A stretch of 63,551 nucleotides of DNA, the filler included, from Kipferlia bialata (lineage: Eukaryota), in the NCBI GenBank assembly GCA_003568945.1. It is 4 parts of 4 records of this genome, joined end to end, with 100 filler letters (N's around TTAATTAATTAA, not from the genome) between each part and the next. Parts side by side here need not be neighbours in the genome. Positions count along the whole stretch, not along the records: positions 27,244 to 54,353 come from BDIP01000173.1; positions 54,454 to 60,174 come from BDIP01000217.1; positions 60,275 to 63,551 come from BDIP01000305.1; 1 more part is not named here. One strand, 5' to 3'. The translations under genes were made by a program, and so were the position numbers. Positions 50,639 to 62,481 of this stretch are shown in pieces (position 1 is the stretch's first letter; every line of letters starts with the position of its first letter). The notes beneath the pieces are model-generated. The model was not told the DNA's origin. It saw nothing but the letters and a program-made list of their open reading frames with translations, and did not search any database.

Positions 50639-53600
50639 ATGCAGTTACTGACTGCTCTTGTGGCTATATGCCTCTTTGCAGCGGTATGTTTAGGGTCCTT
50701 GTTACGTGTTCAAAGCGTTATATCCCTCTTAACAGAGCCAGTGATGTATCCAAATCTTGCTCTTAACTGCTCCCAATTGTGTGTATGTTTAGCCTCTATC
50801 CTGACTCCAGTGCCCGTATATGTATGTGCATGTATGTATATATATATGTATGTTTGTGTGTGTGTGTGTACTCTTCCCTTCCCCCTCCCTCTCCCTTTCC
50901 CTCTCTCAGAGAGAGAGTCTCCCTCCCCCTCTCTCTCCCTCTCTCTCTATCCCTCTCTCTCCCCCTCTCTGATCATCTGACTCCCAGTGTGCTGCCACCC
51001 TGGTCCCCACCAGCTTCACCATCGATGACTACGATTATCTTCTCTCTCTCTCCCTCTCTCTCCCTCTACCCCTCCCTCTCTCACTCTGATCCCAGTGTGC
51101 AGCCAGCCTGGTCCCCACCAGCTTCACCATCGATGACTACGATCCCAAGCCTGGCTACTCCGGGTATGTAGTGGCGCATGTGTGTATAATGTGTGTGTGC
51201 TCATATTCACATTCTCGATAACCAACTGATAACTAACATTGCAATGACACTATCTACGCATACCCCAACTCCTGCCAACACCCCGATATTCTCTTTCTTA
51301 ACATATTAAGTTTCGGTTAGTCTCGTAGTTTGTATTGAGATTCGGTAAGTCTGACGCTCTAGTGTCATCTACCCCCACTGGTACAATGGCTCGACTGAGC
51401 TGCCTGACTACATGGCAGATACAGGTATGTACCCCTAAAAGATTATACATACATTTACATATATATGAATAGTGTACTCTTATACAATCAGTTCACATAG
51501 TTTATAGCGCGTATATACGAGCTGCTTGGCTACATGGCCGACGTCGGTAAGGCATTCATTGTATATGTATAACTATATTATATTATATATATATATATAT
51601 ATTATATTAATATGTCTCCACTGAGCTGACTGACTACATGACCGACACAAGTACGGTATTCAATATAGATATGATATATATTGTGTCTTGTGTGTATATG
51701 ACGTACCCTTATCAATTCACTCACCCCAGCCCTTGTGATGTCCAAGACCAGCAACATTGCCGACGTGAGTGCCTGCTGTGATACCTACTGATTATATAGT
51801 ATGGAGTGTATAGTAAAGTGTATGTAGTGTTGTATACATAATATGGTGTCTAGAATATATATTCAGTTTATGCTACTTCCTTACTCCTTTTATGTTTCTT
51901 TCATACTCCTATCACGATACTCACACTAGGCTGAGACCTGCAGCTACATCACGTCCTCCCTTTTCTTTGTATGTGAATACCATTCGTATATTCTATTTAT
52001 GTGCATTACAACATGCCTCACACCAGGCCGAGACCTGCAGCTACATTACGTCCTCCTCCCTTATTCTATACATGTGAATACTATTCGAATATTCTATATA
52101 TGTGCATTATAACATGCCTCACACCAGGCCGAGACCTGCAGCTTCATCGGGTCCTCCTCCCTTATTCTATTCATGTGAATACTATTCGAATATTCTATAT
52201 ATGTGCATTATAACTTGCCTCCCACCAGGCCGAGACTTGCAGCTACATCACGTCCTCCTCCAGGTGGCAGTGTGGGTACTGGGATGAGTGGGAGAGCATC
52301 CCCAGCCAGACATTCTATGCATGGTATGTATATATATAAACACATATATATACATATGTATACATGTGTGTATATATGATAGAGAATTATATCTAACCTC
52401 AGGTGCAATGGAGTCTCCATCGGCTCTGACAACGTACTGTTCTCAACAGGGAGGTGAGAACACTGTACAGCACATAACCTACATTCTCTCTCTCTCTCTC
52501 TACCTCTCTCTATATATACATATGTATACTATATACAGATGCATATTGCACTATTAACTTCAGGTCCGACTGGGGCCTGCCCTCTCCCCCACCAAGCTAG
52601 TACATATATGTATATATATATATCAACCTAGTATACATTGTATATATAGAGCGACAGAGACAGATGGGTGTATTCTAATGTCTGACCTCAGGGCCATCAA
52701 GGACAACTCCTCCATCGCACCCACCAACATCGTGAGAGGTGTATCCACACCCATCGTGCTGACACTGCTCGATGCAAACATGGTTGCATTCATGTAAGTA
52801 CTATGCATATACATCTATATATGTATGGAAGTACTAGGCTGAGTATATGTGCGATATATACTTATGACACTGCTGGACTCTAATGATGAGTATACAGGTG
52901 TATATACCACTAACCTCTAGCGATAACACCCCAGACGCCATTAGTATATATACATGTATATGTACATATATATATATATATGTATTCATATGTATCTAAC
53001 TCCAGTGATAATACCCCCGATGCCATTTGCTGGCAGCCACCATGATAGTATACTATATATAAACATATACATATATATCTATCAGTCTATAAATATACTA
53101 GTATATGAATATACATCTAACCTGTAGCGATAACACCCCCGATGCCATCCAGATGACATGTATATCTACGTTATACTCTATATGTATATATGATGTCCTA
53201 TACATATCTAACCTCTAGCGACAACACCCCCGATGCCATTGAGATGACAGCCACTATGACTGCAGTGTATGAGGCCAACCCGTCCTCAGAGACACTCGAC
53301 TGCACGTTCAACAGGTATGCATACATATATTTCAATAGGTATTATACCATTATATATATACACTCTGATGTATGTATATTTACATATTCATTACCATTAT
53401 ATATATATATATATATTACTACTAAAAATTACTGTTATATATGGTATTATATAGAATACATTTTCTATTATACCATAGAGAAGAGACACTCGACTACATT
53501 TTTCAGGTACACTACATTGCACACTATACTATATATATTTTACATATGTTTCTATAATAGACACTTTCTATTCGGTATTTTGATCCCATCATGGATCATG

Positions 53601-54306
53601 GAATGATGCTCTGGCTGTTCTGTCTTATTTCTGACCCAGCTCTGACTCTTCTTGCCACTGTGGGGCATGTTACTGTATATTCTCTCACAATCTTATGTCC
53701 TCATGTACTATATATATATACTCATTTACCATCAATACTGAATTATCTAACCCAGCTCTGACTCCACCTGGCCCTGTGGGTCATTCACACTCCCTGCCAA
53801 TTTTGACAGTGCGGTGAGTCACATTTATCAGCATTGGTTACTAGTGTAATTGTAGTTACGATTATATATGTGTGATAACTCTTCCTCACCTTCAGAGTAT
53901 ATTACGACTTTCATTATTCCTCACCTTAGCGAGACTCTGTCAGTGTCAACGTGTACAAGGGTGTGGTGGGAGAGACCAAGAGCCAGTTCGGGGTGTTCTC
54001 AATGACAGGTGCAGTGTATTTTGCTAAAGAGAAAGTCTATGCTCACTGTCAGTCTCCGGCAGTGTCCTTGCCGGTCCCCTGTAGTATCAGTATACATGTA
54101 TATTTGTATTCTATTGTATGAGTGTATATACACTCCTAATCCCAGTCTCTGACAGTATCCCTGTCATATATATATATATCTGTATATGTGTATATGTATA
54201 TATATATATATGGACAGTTTGGTCTTCTCTGACTCCAGTCTCTGGCAGTGTCCCTGCTGGTCCCCTCGACACCAACTGCAGCATCAGTGCCCAGGCCACT
54301 GCTAAG
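50639..54306 (+). CDS. Secreted/surface protein with signal peptide and beta-rich (Ig-like?) region, 3' truncated at gap
   Basis: MQLLTALVAICLFAA|CAATLVPTSFTIDDYDPKPGYSG|VIYPHWYNG...|AETCSYITSSSRWQCGYWD...|AIKDNSSIAPTNIVRGVSTPIVLTLLDAN...|SDSTWPCGSFTLPA...|VSGSVPAGPLDTNCSISAQATAK. The N-terminus is hydrophobic and the body is S/T/C-rich. Confidence 0.65.
51925..52260 (+). repeat. ~100-bp tandem repeat of acceptor + exon 5' end (4 copies)
   Basis: AG|GC[CT]GAGAC[CT]TGCAGCT[AT]CAT at ~51929, 52025, 52126 and 52227. Only the last copy continues to a donor. Confidence 0.85.
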
Positions 54307-54353
54307 GTATGTATATAGATAGATAGTATATGTATATATAGAGGGGGTGGAAA

Positions 54354-54453
54354 NNNNNNNNNNNNNNNNNNNNNNNNNNNNNNNNNNNNNNNNNNNNTTA
54401 ATTAATTAANNNNNNNNNNNNNNNNNNNNNNNNNNNNNNNNNNNNNNNNNNNN
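54354..54453. other. Artificial contig spacer (N-run with TTAATTAATTAA)
   Basis: Linker at 54398-54409. Confidence 0.95.
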
Positions 54454-54463
54454 GGAGAGAAAA

Positions 54464-54501
<38 letters not shown>

Positions 54502-54533
54502 AGAGGGAGACATCATCTATGTACAATTCCTAC

Positions 54534-55381
54534 CTGACAGACTGGGTGACGTCGTCCCTTGGCATCTTGACACGGGTGATGTGGTACTTGCCCTTGCCAA
54601 TCTGGGGTGAGTGGGAAAGCGTAGAGAGCCAACTCTCTCGATAGGAACAAGAATATGGAAGGAGGGGGGGAGGGGAGTCAATTCACCAAACAAGTCTAAA
54701 CAACCATCCATACCTTGACTGTGAGGATGTCCCTCAGGAGGTCCTCTGTGGTGTTGTCAGTGAGACCGTCGATACGGATGCATGGCTCGTTGAAGATGCC
54801 GGGGCGGCCTCCTGGGCCCATGGCGCCAGAGGCCTGGGCACGGGCCAGAGAAGGGGGCATGTAGCGTCCAGTGGACATGGGGGCAGCGGGGGCAGAGTCG
54901 TCTCCACCCATGGAGCCTCTGGTTCCAAGGTGAGGGCAAGAACGGGACCAGTGAGGTCCTCCACAGTGCTTACACACAATGATGGAATCAGCGCTGGTGG
55001 CGACCTGCTTCTTCTTCTCCTCGTCTCTCTGCTGCTTGTTGGTCAGGTTGAGGATCTGGGGGTTGTACTCACGGACAGACACGCCGTTCATGTCTCCGTA
55101 CTGGGGGATACGCTTACGAGCCATCACAGTCTTCTTCACAGGGACCATGGTGACACGCTTCTGCTTCTTGGATGTAACCTGAGATTAGTATCAGTAGTAT
55201 ACGTCGTGCACAGCCACTCATATGAGCTCAATAGAGAAGAAAACACATAAAACAAACTCACCATAGCAATCTTTCCATCCTGGAGCTTCACGAACTCCAC
55301 AATGGTGTAAATGCCATCAGCATCCTCAGGCTTCGTGATGAAGGGCTCAGGGAGCTGGAAAACCTTAGCGCGAGAGTTCAT
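54534..55381 (-). CDS. EIF3G: Translation initiation factor eIF3 subunit G, exons 1-3
   Basis: Exons 55381-55262, 55178-54714 and 54601-54534 encode LPEP...DGIYTIVEF, the zinc knuckle CKHCGGPHWSRSCP, TGRYMPPSL, and the RRM start IRIDGLTDNTTEDLLRDIL...ITRVKMPRDDVTQSV. Confidence 0.92.
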
Positions 55382-55462
55382 TTGGACTATGGCTTCAGAG
55401 GAACACTGCGTGGCTGGGTCTTTTGAAAAACTATGGCCTGCACCCTTATGTTGAACTCCAAG

Positions 55463-55489
55463 AGTCTGTGACAGAGTCTGTCACAGACT
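55463..55489. promoter_or_regulatory. Perfect 13-bp inverted repeat ~80 bp upstream of the eIF3g ATG
   Basis: AGTCTGTGACAGA-G-TCTGTCACAGACT. Its function is inferred from position only. Confidence 0.4.
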
Positions 55490-55608
55490 GTCTGTCGAGA
55501 CCTGTGACAAGTATCGCAGCTTCCGAAGCATATGGTCCATCAACGGGACTAACACTATATATTTAGCTGATCCTCACAATGCACGGGTCACTGTGCAGTT
55601 ATCCGAGC

Positions 55609-56765
55609 TCAGTCCTCGAACTTGGCCAGTCTGGGAACAGGTGCACACCTACAGACCAGTCTGCCAAAGGAGTCGGCTGGGGACACAGGCAGCGTGTCGG
55701 GGGTGGGGTCTGGCTCGCCTGTGTCTTCCAGCATACCACTCAGCCATGACCACAGCACACCGCTGCACCCTGGGGACAGGTTAGGTCCAGGGGTCAGCAG
55801 CTTGGCATACAATAGGGCGTCATCAGCATCATCTGAGAGTCTGTAGAAGTCCTCCTCCACCTCTCCATACCGATGGTAGCCCTGGCCCTCGTAGAATGAC
55901 TAGGTGAGAGGCGGGAGGTGAGGGGGGCTACTACTAAGGAATGTGTATACTGTACATATATATACCTGGATTGTGCTTCTGGACCGGCAGTGTAGAAAGA
56001 CTAGATCCGATCTGATGCTGGGAAGAGAGGGAGTCGACAGCACACACTCCCCTCTGCACTCATCCTCAAGGGCCCGCAGCAGACTAGAGGCCACCCCTCG
56101 GTGTCTAGAGGTTAGATCTAATCATCATGAAGTAGGTCTAATTCACACTGCCGAGTCGGCAGTGCCGACAACACACCTGGCATTATGCTTGACTGCAATG
56201 ACCATGATGTAACACCCTCCATTGTATCCCTGAATGGGGAGGAGGGGGGTGACACAGGGGGGGAGCCTGTTGCGGTGCAAATGCCGCGCAATGACCAATC
56301 CCACCAGCTCTCCCTTGGGCCCATCCACCTCTGGGTCACATGTATAATGAGGTGTGTCAGTCTCACATGATACCCTGCGTCCTACGGGAGAGATAGGGTC
56401 GACAGTGTCTGCAACGTGGCCCTCAGACTCCGAACCAGAGGTCTCCCGACCAGGTCCCCAGGCCGGAGTGAAGAAAGCACCGAATCCTATAACTTGCTCA
56501 GGCTTACGTCAGAGAGATAGCGAAATACTGTGGGTGTAGAGACCATACCTGCGGCAGATCCTCAGGCCCTAGCATCCCACAGGCCCCGTGGTACAGACTG
56601 TCGGGGTACTTGTACGGCATGGTCCCATCCAACAGACACTGGGTGAGTATTGTTATGAACCTGCTATAGAGTACCAGTATATACAAGGCCAATGGCAAAC
56701 CCTACCTTTGAGGCACTCTCATCGGCAGCCGAGAGAGGGCGCACTTCGATAGGCGTCAAGGCCAT
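55609..56765 (-). CDS. GNAT N-terminal acetyltransferase, Naa50/Naa60-like
   Basis: MALTPIEVRPL...|CLLDGTMPYKYPDSLY...GCYIMVIAVKHNAR|HRGVASSLL...LVFLHC...IQ|SFYEGQGYHRYGEVEEDFYRL...DALLYAK. The PxxY, R-x-G-x-A acetyl-CoA motif and FY/FY motifs match this family. Confidence 0.78.
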
Positions 56766-56923
56766 GTCACATGAACTGCAAAAACGTGGCAGGCCTCAAG
56801 TTGTGATACTGAAAGGAGCCTTGCTAGTCACATGTCAGGTGTGTCAACAAAAACGAGGTAATCCCTTTTGTTGTACTGAAAGCTCTCACATATAGCACTC
56901 TCTCTTGCTATCTCAGTACACAC

Positions 56924-58394
56924 ATGCCAGGCCTTGACACAACTGTTCCAGGTAGGGGAGTTGCCCTCTATACGTTTGTGAACATGTTGTGCTCTTGCCT
57001 GATCTCTGTCAGCTGATTGTGGTCTGCCTTAACCTATCTGTATGACTCTGATACACTCATACATGCAGTAGGTAGTGCTCCCTGCATCCTCTCCCCTCTC
57101 TCCATGTCCTCACCACCTAATCAAGCAGGGATGCAGCTGGTCAAGTGTGCGTCCAAGGATGCCGCTGGCCAGTACATATCCGATATGTTTGTGGGTCTGG
57201 TGAACGCCAAGCCAGAGGCCGTGCTGGGATTCGCCACTGGGTCCTCCCCACTGCCCACATACAGGGCCATGATTGCCGCTTACGCTGAGAAGAAGGTAAG
57301 GGGTAACTGGATGTGTCTGACAATATTCGACTCTCACAAGTGGAATCATTCCCATTATCATTTTTATGGGTCCCTGCATCTCTACCCTATACTCAGGCTG
57401 GACTGTGTTTCCATTGTGTGTCTGATCCCAGGTTGACTTCTCCCGCTGCACCTCCTACAACCTAGATGAGTATGTGGGTCTGCCCGAGGGACACCCCGAG
57501 ACATACTCTGCATTCATGCAGGCCAACCTGTTCGACAGCATCAACCTCCCTAGGTACAATGCCGCAATGTCCACCACATATAGTATCCCTTCTCTCTATG
57601 TCCATCGACTGACCCCAGTGAGAGTGTGCATGTGCCTGCTGGATGTGTGCCCAAGGGGGGGGAGCCCCTGACACCTGCTGAGGTGGACACACTTGGGGAC
57701 AGGTGTGTCTATGTATATATATATACCGTATAATATATACACTGTGACTGACCCAGGTATATATACCATCTCTATACACTGTGACTGACCCAGGTATGAG
57801 GCCGACCTGGAGAGGGATGGCCCCGTTGACCTGTGGCTGCTGGGGGTGGGGCACAACGGACACATTGCATTCAATGAGCCCGGCAGTGCTGCAGACAGCA
57901 GGACAAGGTATGCCTCTCTCTCTCTCAGTTCAACCATTATACACTGGATGGACCATCTCTCTCTCTTATCTGATTATCATACTCTCCATCCCAGGCTGGT
58001 GCACCTTGATGCTGGTACCATTGAGGCCAACAAGCGCTTCTTCGATAACGACCCCTCCTTGGTACCCACCTCTGCAGTGTCTGTAGGTATGTGGTGTATA
58101 GTATGTGGTGTCTAGTATGCTCTCCCTCTTTGATGTTACTCTTGCTAACGTGTCAGGTGTGGGCACCATCCTGGCTAGTAGGAGGATAGTGCTGGTGGCA
58201 GGGCCTGAGAAGGCAGAGGCCGTGGCCAGGATGATGGACAGGTGTATATATTGATTGTAGTACTAGGCCTAGTATATAGTGGTATTGTTGTATGTCGATC
58301 ACGGTGCCTGACCCCCAGGTCCCTGGGCCCTGACGCCTCGTGCCCTGCCTCCTTCCTGCAGACACACCCAGACGTGGTGGTGGTCACATACTAA
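56924..58394 (+). CDS. nagB: Glucosamine-6-phosphate deaminase (NagB/GNPDA), 8 exons
   Basis: VLGFATGSSPLPTY, VDFSRCTSYNLDEYVGLPEGHPETYSAFM, DLWLLGVGHNGHIAFNEPGS, TIEANKRFF, GVGTIL, KAEAV, CPASFLQTHPD. ATG at 56924, TAA at 58392-58394. Confidence 0.95.
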
Positions 58395-58742
58395 GGGCAA
58401 TAGATGACAGTTATACACTGGTGTGGATTCACTAGAAGTGTAATGAGAAGGAAGCAAGTGCTGGATAGTAAGTGACTACTATAGAGACTATAGATAGTCA
58501 TACTAAGTCTTATGTTGAGTATTAGGCCTAATACATCATTGAGAATTTACGCTGTTCCTGAATAGCAGTGGGACACAAGAACCCAGAGGCAATGATACAA
58601 CGATCTATTAAGACAATGCTTGACCCAACGAGGGCAAAATAGGAAAGGGAAGAAGAACCAGGTATCAGTCACCCCCTCTGTCTATGAATGGACACAAGGG
58701 TGATACTCATAACCCGGCCCATGTCGGTAGGGTGTGTGCCAC

Positions 58743-60175
58743 TTACTGGTGGGCCTTGAGGTAGGCCTCACCCAGAGCATCGGCAGCGAGGATGGCGTCA
58801 GCAACGAGGTCCTGAGGGTCAGCACACACTATGATAGAGAGAGATACACACATACATATATACATGCATACCTCAGTGATGCCGAAGGGCATGTTGTGGA
58901 TGGTCTCGCCGGGGAGGCAGGTGCCCTTGGCAACGGCCTTGGGTGAGGGGAAGCAGAGAACATAAGAGTACCCAATGCATTGACACTATATATACATCCA
59001 TACATATCCACCCACCTTGAGGTTGGTCTTGAGGAACTCCTCGGACTTGGAGTCAATTCCAAGCTGGCGGAGGGTGATGGGGAGGCCAACGGAGCAGCAG
59101 AAGGCCTGGACCTGGGGTAAGTTGTGACAAGTGACATTGGAGTAGCAATAGTGCAATCGTGTCTGTCTCACCTTCTCGATGTGCTCGGGGGTGGAGTCCT
59201 GGAGCACGAGCTGGGTGCACACGCCAAAGGCCACCTTCTCTCCGTGGTAGTAGTCGTGGGACTCGTGGCAAACAGTCAGACCGTTGTGCACAGCGTGGGC
59301 GGCGGCAATTCCTAGGGGTCAGAGAGTATCAGAGTAGAGTGTGGATATGAGGGGAGGGTACGTACCACCGCTCTCGAATCCGAGTCCGGACAGGAGGGTG
59401 TTGGCCTCGACAACGTGGTCAAGGGCGGGGCCGGTGACGTGGCTCTCGCACTGGTGCTTGGCAGCAAGACCGTACTGGAGTGAGGGACGAAGAGAGAGAG
59501 AGAGAGAGAGAGACTAGGATGTGGGGGGGAGGGTACCTCGAAGAGGGTGTCCCTGCAGAGCTTGGCAAGGCAGAGAGCGGTCATGGAGGGGAGGCCACCG
59601 TGGCAGTTCTTGGAGCGGGAGGCGCAGCAAGCCTCAGCCTGGAATGAGGGGGGGGGGGGCAGAGAAAGAGAGCTCCGTGTGTGTGTGCCTCGTAGAAGAG
59701 TAGATAGGGTATAACCTGAGAGAGAGAGAGTATACCTCGTAGAAGGTGGCAAGGGCATCTCCCATACCGGCGACAAGGAGACGGGAGGGGGCCTCGCAGA
59801 TGATCTGGGGGTGAGACATAGAAGGGAGAGAGGGGGGGAGGGGAGAGAGAGAAAGAGAAAGGTACCTGAGTGTCGACAAGGACCAGATCGGGGTTGGCGG
59901 GGAAGAACTCGTACTTGGAGACAACACCTGGGCATCAGCAACTCACAAAGTAACACAGGGAAGGGAGATAAGAACAGAAGAGACATATGAACATAGATAC
60001 GCACCCTCCTCGGTGTAGATGACAGAGAGGGCAGAGCAGGGGGCGTCGGTGGCAGCGATGGTGGGGATGATGACGATGGGGAGCTTCATGTTGGCGGCAA
60101 CGACCTGGAGGTGAGGGAGGGGTATACAGAGGCGGGGGGGGGGGGGGGGGGGGAACGGAACCCACCTTGGCGGCN
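58743..60175 (-). CDS. gldA: Glycerol dehydrogenase (Fe/Zn-ADH family, GldA type), 5' part lost in gap
   Basis: [100 protein letters not shown]. Ten exons and nine introns are visible. Confidence 0.93.
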
Positions 60176-60274
60176 NNNNNNNNNNNNNNNNNNNNNNNNN
60201 NNNNNNNNNNNNNNNNNNTTAATTAATTAANNNNNNNNNNNNNNNNNNNNNNNNNNNNNNNNNNNNNNNNNNNN
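60176..60274. other. Artificial contig spacer (N-run with TTAATTAATTAA)
   Basis: Linker at 60219-60230. Confidence 0.95.
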
Positions 60275-60355
60275 TTTATCCAAGGGTGTTCCCCCCCCCC
60301 CCCCCCCCCCCCCCCACTCTGCCTTATGTGTTGTTTGACCTTCACTCACCTCCAG

Positions 60356-60497
60356 AGGACACGCTTACGTCAACTTCGCCCCCTCCACCGACTGCAAGAG
60401 GTTCTACGATATGGTTGTCGCCGCCCTCGGTGCCCCCAAGATCCAGGTGTCCAAGCTCAGGGCCGTGCTCATCCTGACCCTCAAGAACGTCGACTAA
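60356..60497 (+). CDS. EIF3G: Last exon of eIF3g (RRM RNP1 and C-terminus), on the opposite strand to exons 1-3
   Basis: CTCACCTCCAG|A GGA CAC GCT TAC GTC AAC TTC gives (R)GHAYVNF...LILTLKNVD-TAA. It completes TQSV-AG| from 54534 in the correct phase (AG+A = Arg). Confidence 0.8.
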
Positions 60498-60673
60498 GCA
60501 CGCTGTTGCGGCATTGTGATGTCTTGCGAGATGTGGATACACTCTTCCCACTCTCAGTAAGAAGCGGGATGGTGGTGTCTAACTAGTATATAAATTTAAT
60601 TACCGTTATGGGTTACTGACTTGCACCTGGTGCATTGAGTGTATACTGATATAAATACTGAAAGAATCGGTGT

Positions 60674-62245
60674 CTATTGACTCCTCATCCTGCGTTCCCT
60701 CCTCCTCCTCTCCACCCTCTCCCTCCATGCTGCCTCTGCATCCTCGGCAGACACATCGTCCACTGGTGCAGGGGGGGCATCGACAGGAGTAGGCCCCTGC
60801 CACTCTAGAGGCATCGTCCACACTGCCACTACCCCATCCTCAGACCCAGACACCACCCGTATCTGCCGCACACCTCCCTCAGGGTCTGCGGGAAAGGCAG
60901 TAAGGGCACGGATGGCACCAGTGTGGTATCGAAGAGCCCGCCTCTCCCTCCAAACCGGGGGTGGGGCCTCACTCTCATCGGTGTCCTGTGGGGATGTACC
61001 AGCGTCAGATACAGAGAAGAGCCTGATACGCCTGTCCCACCCTCCCCATACAACAGTGGCCTCGGACCCCTGGTCAGAGACAGGGGGACCCGGCATGGCA
61101 CAGATGCAGGATGCCCCTGGGACCTTGAGGCGATGGGCAGAGACAAGTACAAACCGGAACCGGGGGAAGTCCTGTGGGGCACTTCTCTTGGGCTTGCGCC
61201 TCTCCAGCCGCCACTCTGACACGGCATAGCCGGCAGACATGACATAGACGGAGAGGTCACTCACCCGCACCTTGCCATCGGGAGACGTCCCCCTTGGCAG
61301 AATCTGCACAGCCGTGAGGGCAGCAGGCTCATCGGCAGAGAAGGATCGGCAGGTGGGCCCGATCCCAGTCATGAGGTCCTCGTCCGGCACAGCCTCCATG
61401 TCTAGATACGATACGGTGGCAGCGGTCACGGGCTTGGACTTGGCCACTATGCATAGGGGGGACACTGGGGCCTCGGGGGTAGGGCTGGCTGGGACGTTGG
61501 TGCGGAAGGACCCAAAGCTGGTCTGGACAGTCTCAGCGACTGTAGGGGATACCTGCTGCTCGGGGACAGACTCCCCACGAGCAATGGAACTCAGGCGCTC
61601 CACAGGTGAGAAGAGGGCCAGAAGGCGACCTGCCTCCACTCCAGTGACGACGAGAACACACTCTTGACCCAAATCACACCCAACACTACAGACAGTGTCA
61701 TCCCACACACTCACACAGTCAAGACAGAGTAAAGCTCCCATGTCAGGGGCGGAATCTACCTCTAGAGGCTCTTTGGACCCGATCTCCGGTGCTAGAGGGA
61801 CACACATCAGCCTCTCTATGCCAGATGGGGCAAAAGCAAAGCCACAGGCCATAGATATGTTGACAAAGGAGGGGGTGCTCCTGTAGGCACGAACCAGCTC
61901 AAGTCCAGGTGTACCTGGAACTTGGTTGTCAAACCTGAGGACAGGTATGTCTCGACCAAGGTACTTGGTAAGTCCACGAATATAGAAGAGAATCATCCCT
62001 CCCTGGAAGCCACGTGCAAGAACCAAGGGATCAGAGGACATGTCACCTTCATTGACAAGGCATACACTGGCAACACCACCTCTGATATTGGGTTTCAAGT
62101 CTAGATTGGCATCATAGTACTTATTGGTCAGAGAGACACAGAGTATCTCTGGACTGTCTTGACACCCAAACATGATTCGGCCGGGCAACCTGCAGAAGCA
62201 GGAAGCCTTTCCTTGAGGCACAGACAAAGTAAAGTCAGGAATCAT
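60674..62245 (-). CDS. WD40-repeat protein, GNB1L/Asa1-like, single exon
   Basis: 523-aa ORF containing GALLCLD, VVTGVEAGRL, WGGWDRRIRLFS, LRYHTGAIRAL and VVSGSEDGVVAVW. These resemble GNB1L ATAGWDHRIRVF...FHSAAV...GSKDQRISLW. Confidence 0.75.
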   Translation of the reverse strand: MIPDFTLSVPQGKASCFCRLPGRIMFGCQDSPEILCVSLTNKYYDANLDLKPNIRGGVASVCLVNEGDMSSDPLVLARGFQGGMILFYIRGLTKYLGRDIPVLRFDNQVPGTPGLELVRAYRSTPSFVNISMACGFAFAPSGIERLMCVPLAPEIGSKEPLEVDSAPDMGALLCLDCVSVWDDTVCSVGCDLGQECVLVVTGVEAGRLLALFSPVERLSSIARGESVPEQQVSPTVAETVQTSFGSFRTNVPASPTPEAPVSPLCIVAKSKPVTAATVSYLDMEAVPDEDLMTGIGPTCRSFSADEPAALTAVQILPRGTSPDGKVRVSDLSVYVMSAGYAVSEWRLERRKPKRSAPQDFPRFRFVLVSAHRLKVPGASCICAMPGPPVSDQGSEATVVWGGWDRRIRLFSVSDAGTSPQDTDESEAPPPVWRERRALRYHTGAIRALTAFPADPEGGVRQIRVVSGSEDGVVAVWTMPLEWQGPTPVDAPPAPVDDVSAEDAEAAWRERVERRRRERRMRSQ

Positions 62246-62481
62246 CTCATACCGCCCTCACTCTCTTCTAAACAGGAGTTGCAGCCTCGCTGTGTGTCAT
62301 TGCCCCAAATTCGAGTAGCACCAGATCGGTGCCGTAATAAACATTGTTTTTGGTTGTTCAAATGAAACCTTCGTGCATTTGGCGTTCTAGTCGGAAATAT
62401 CCGAGAAATTAGTCGGATATATGGTCAGAGACCCAGCTCAATGCGTCGGGCCCTGTTTTGTTGTCTTGCTACTTGAAAAAG

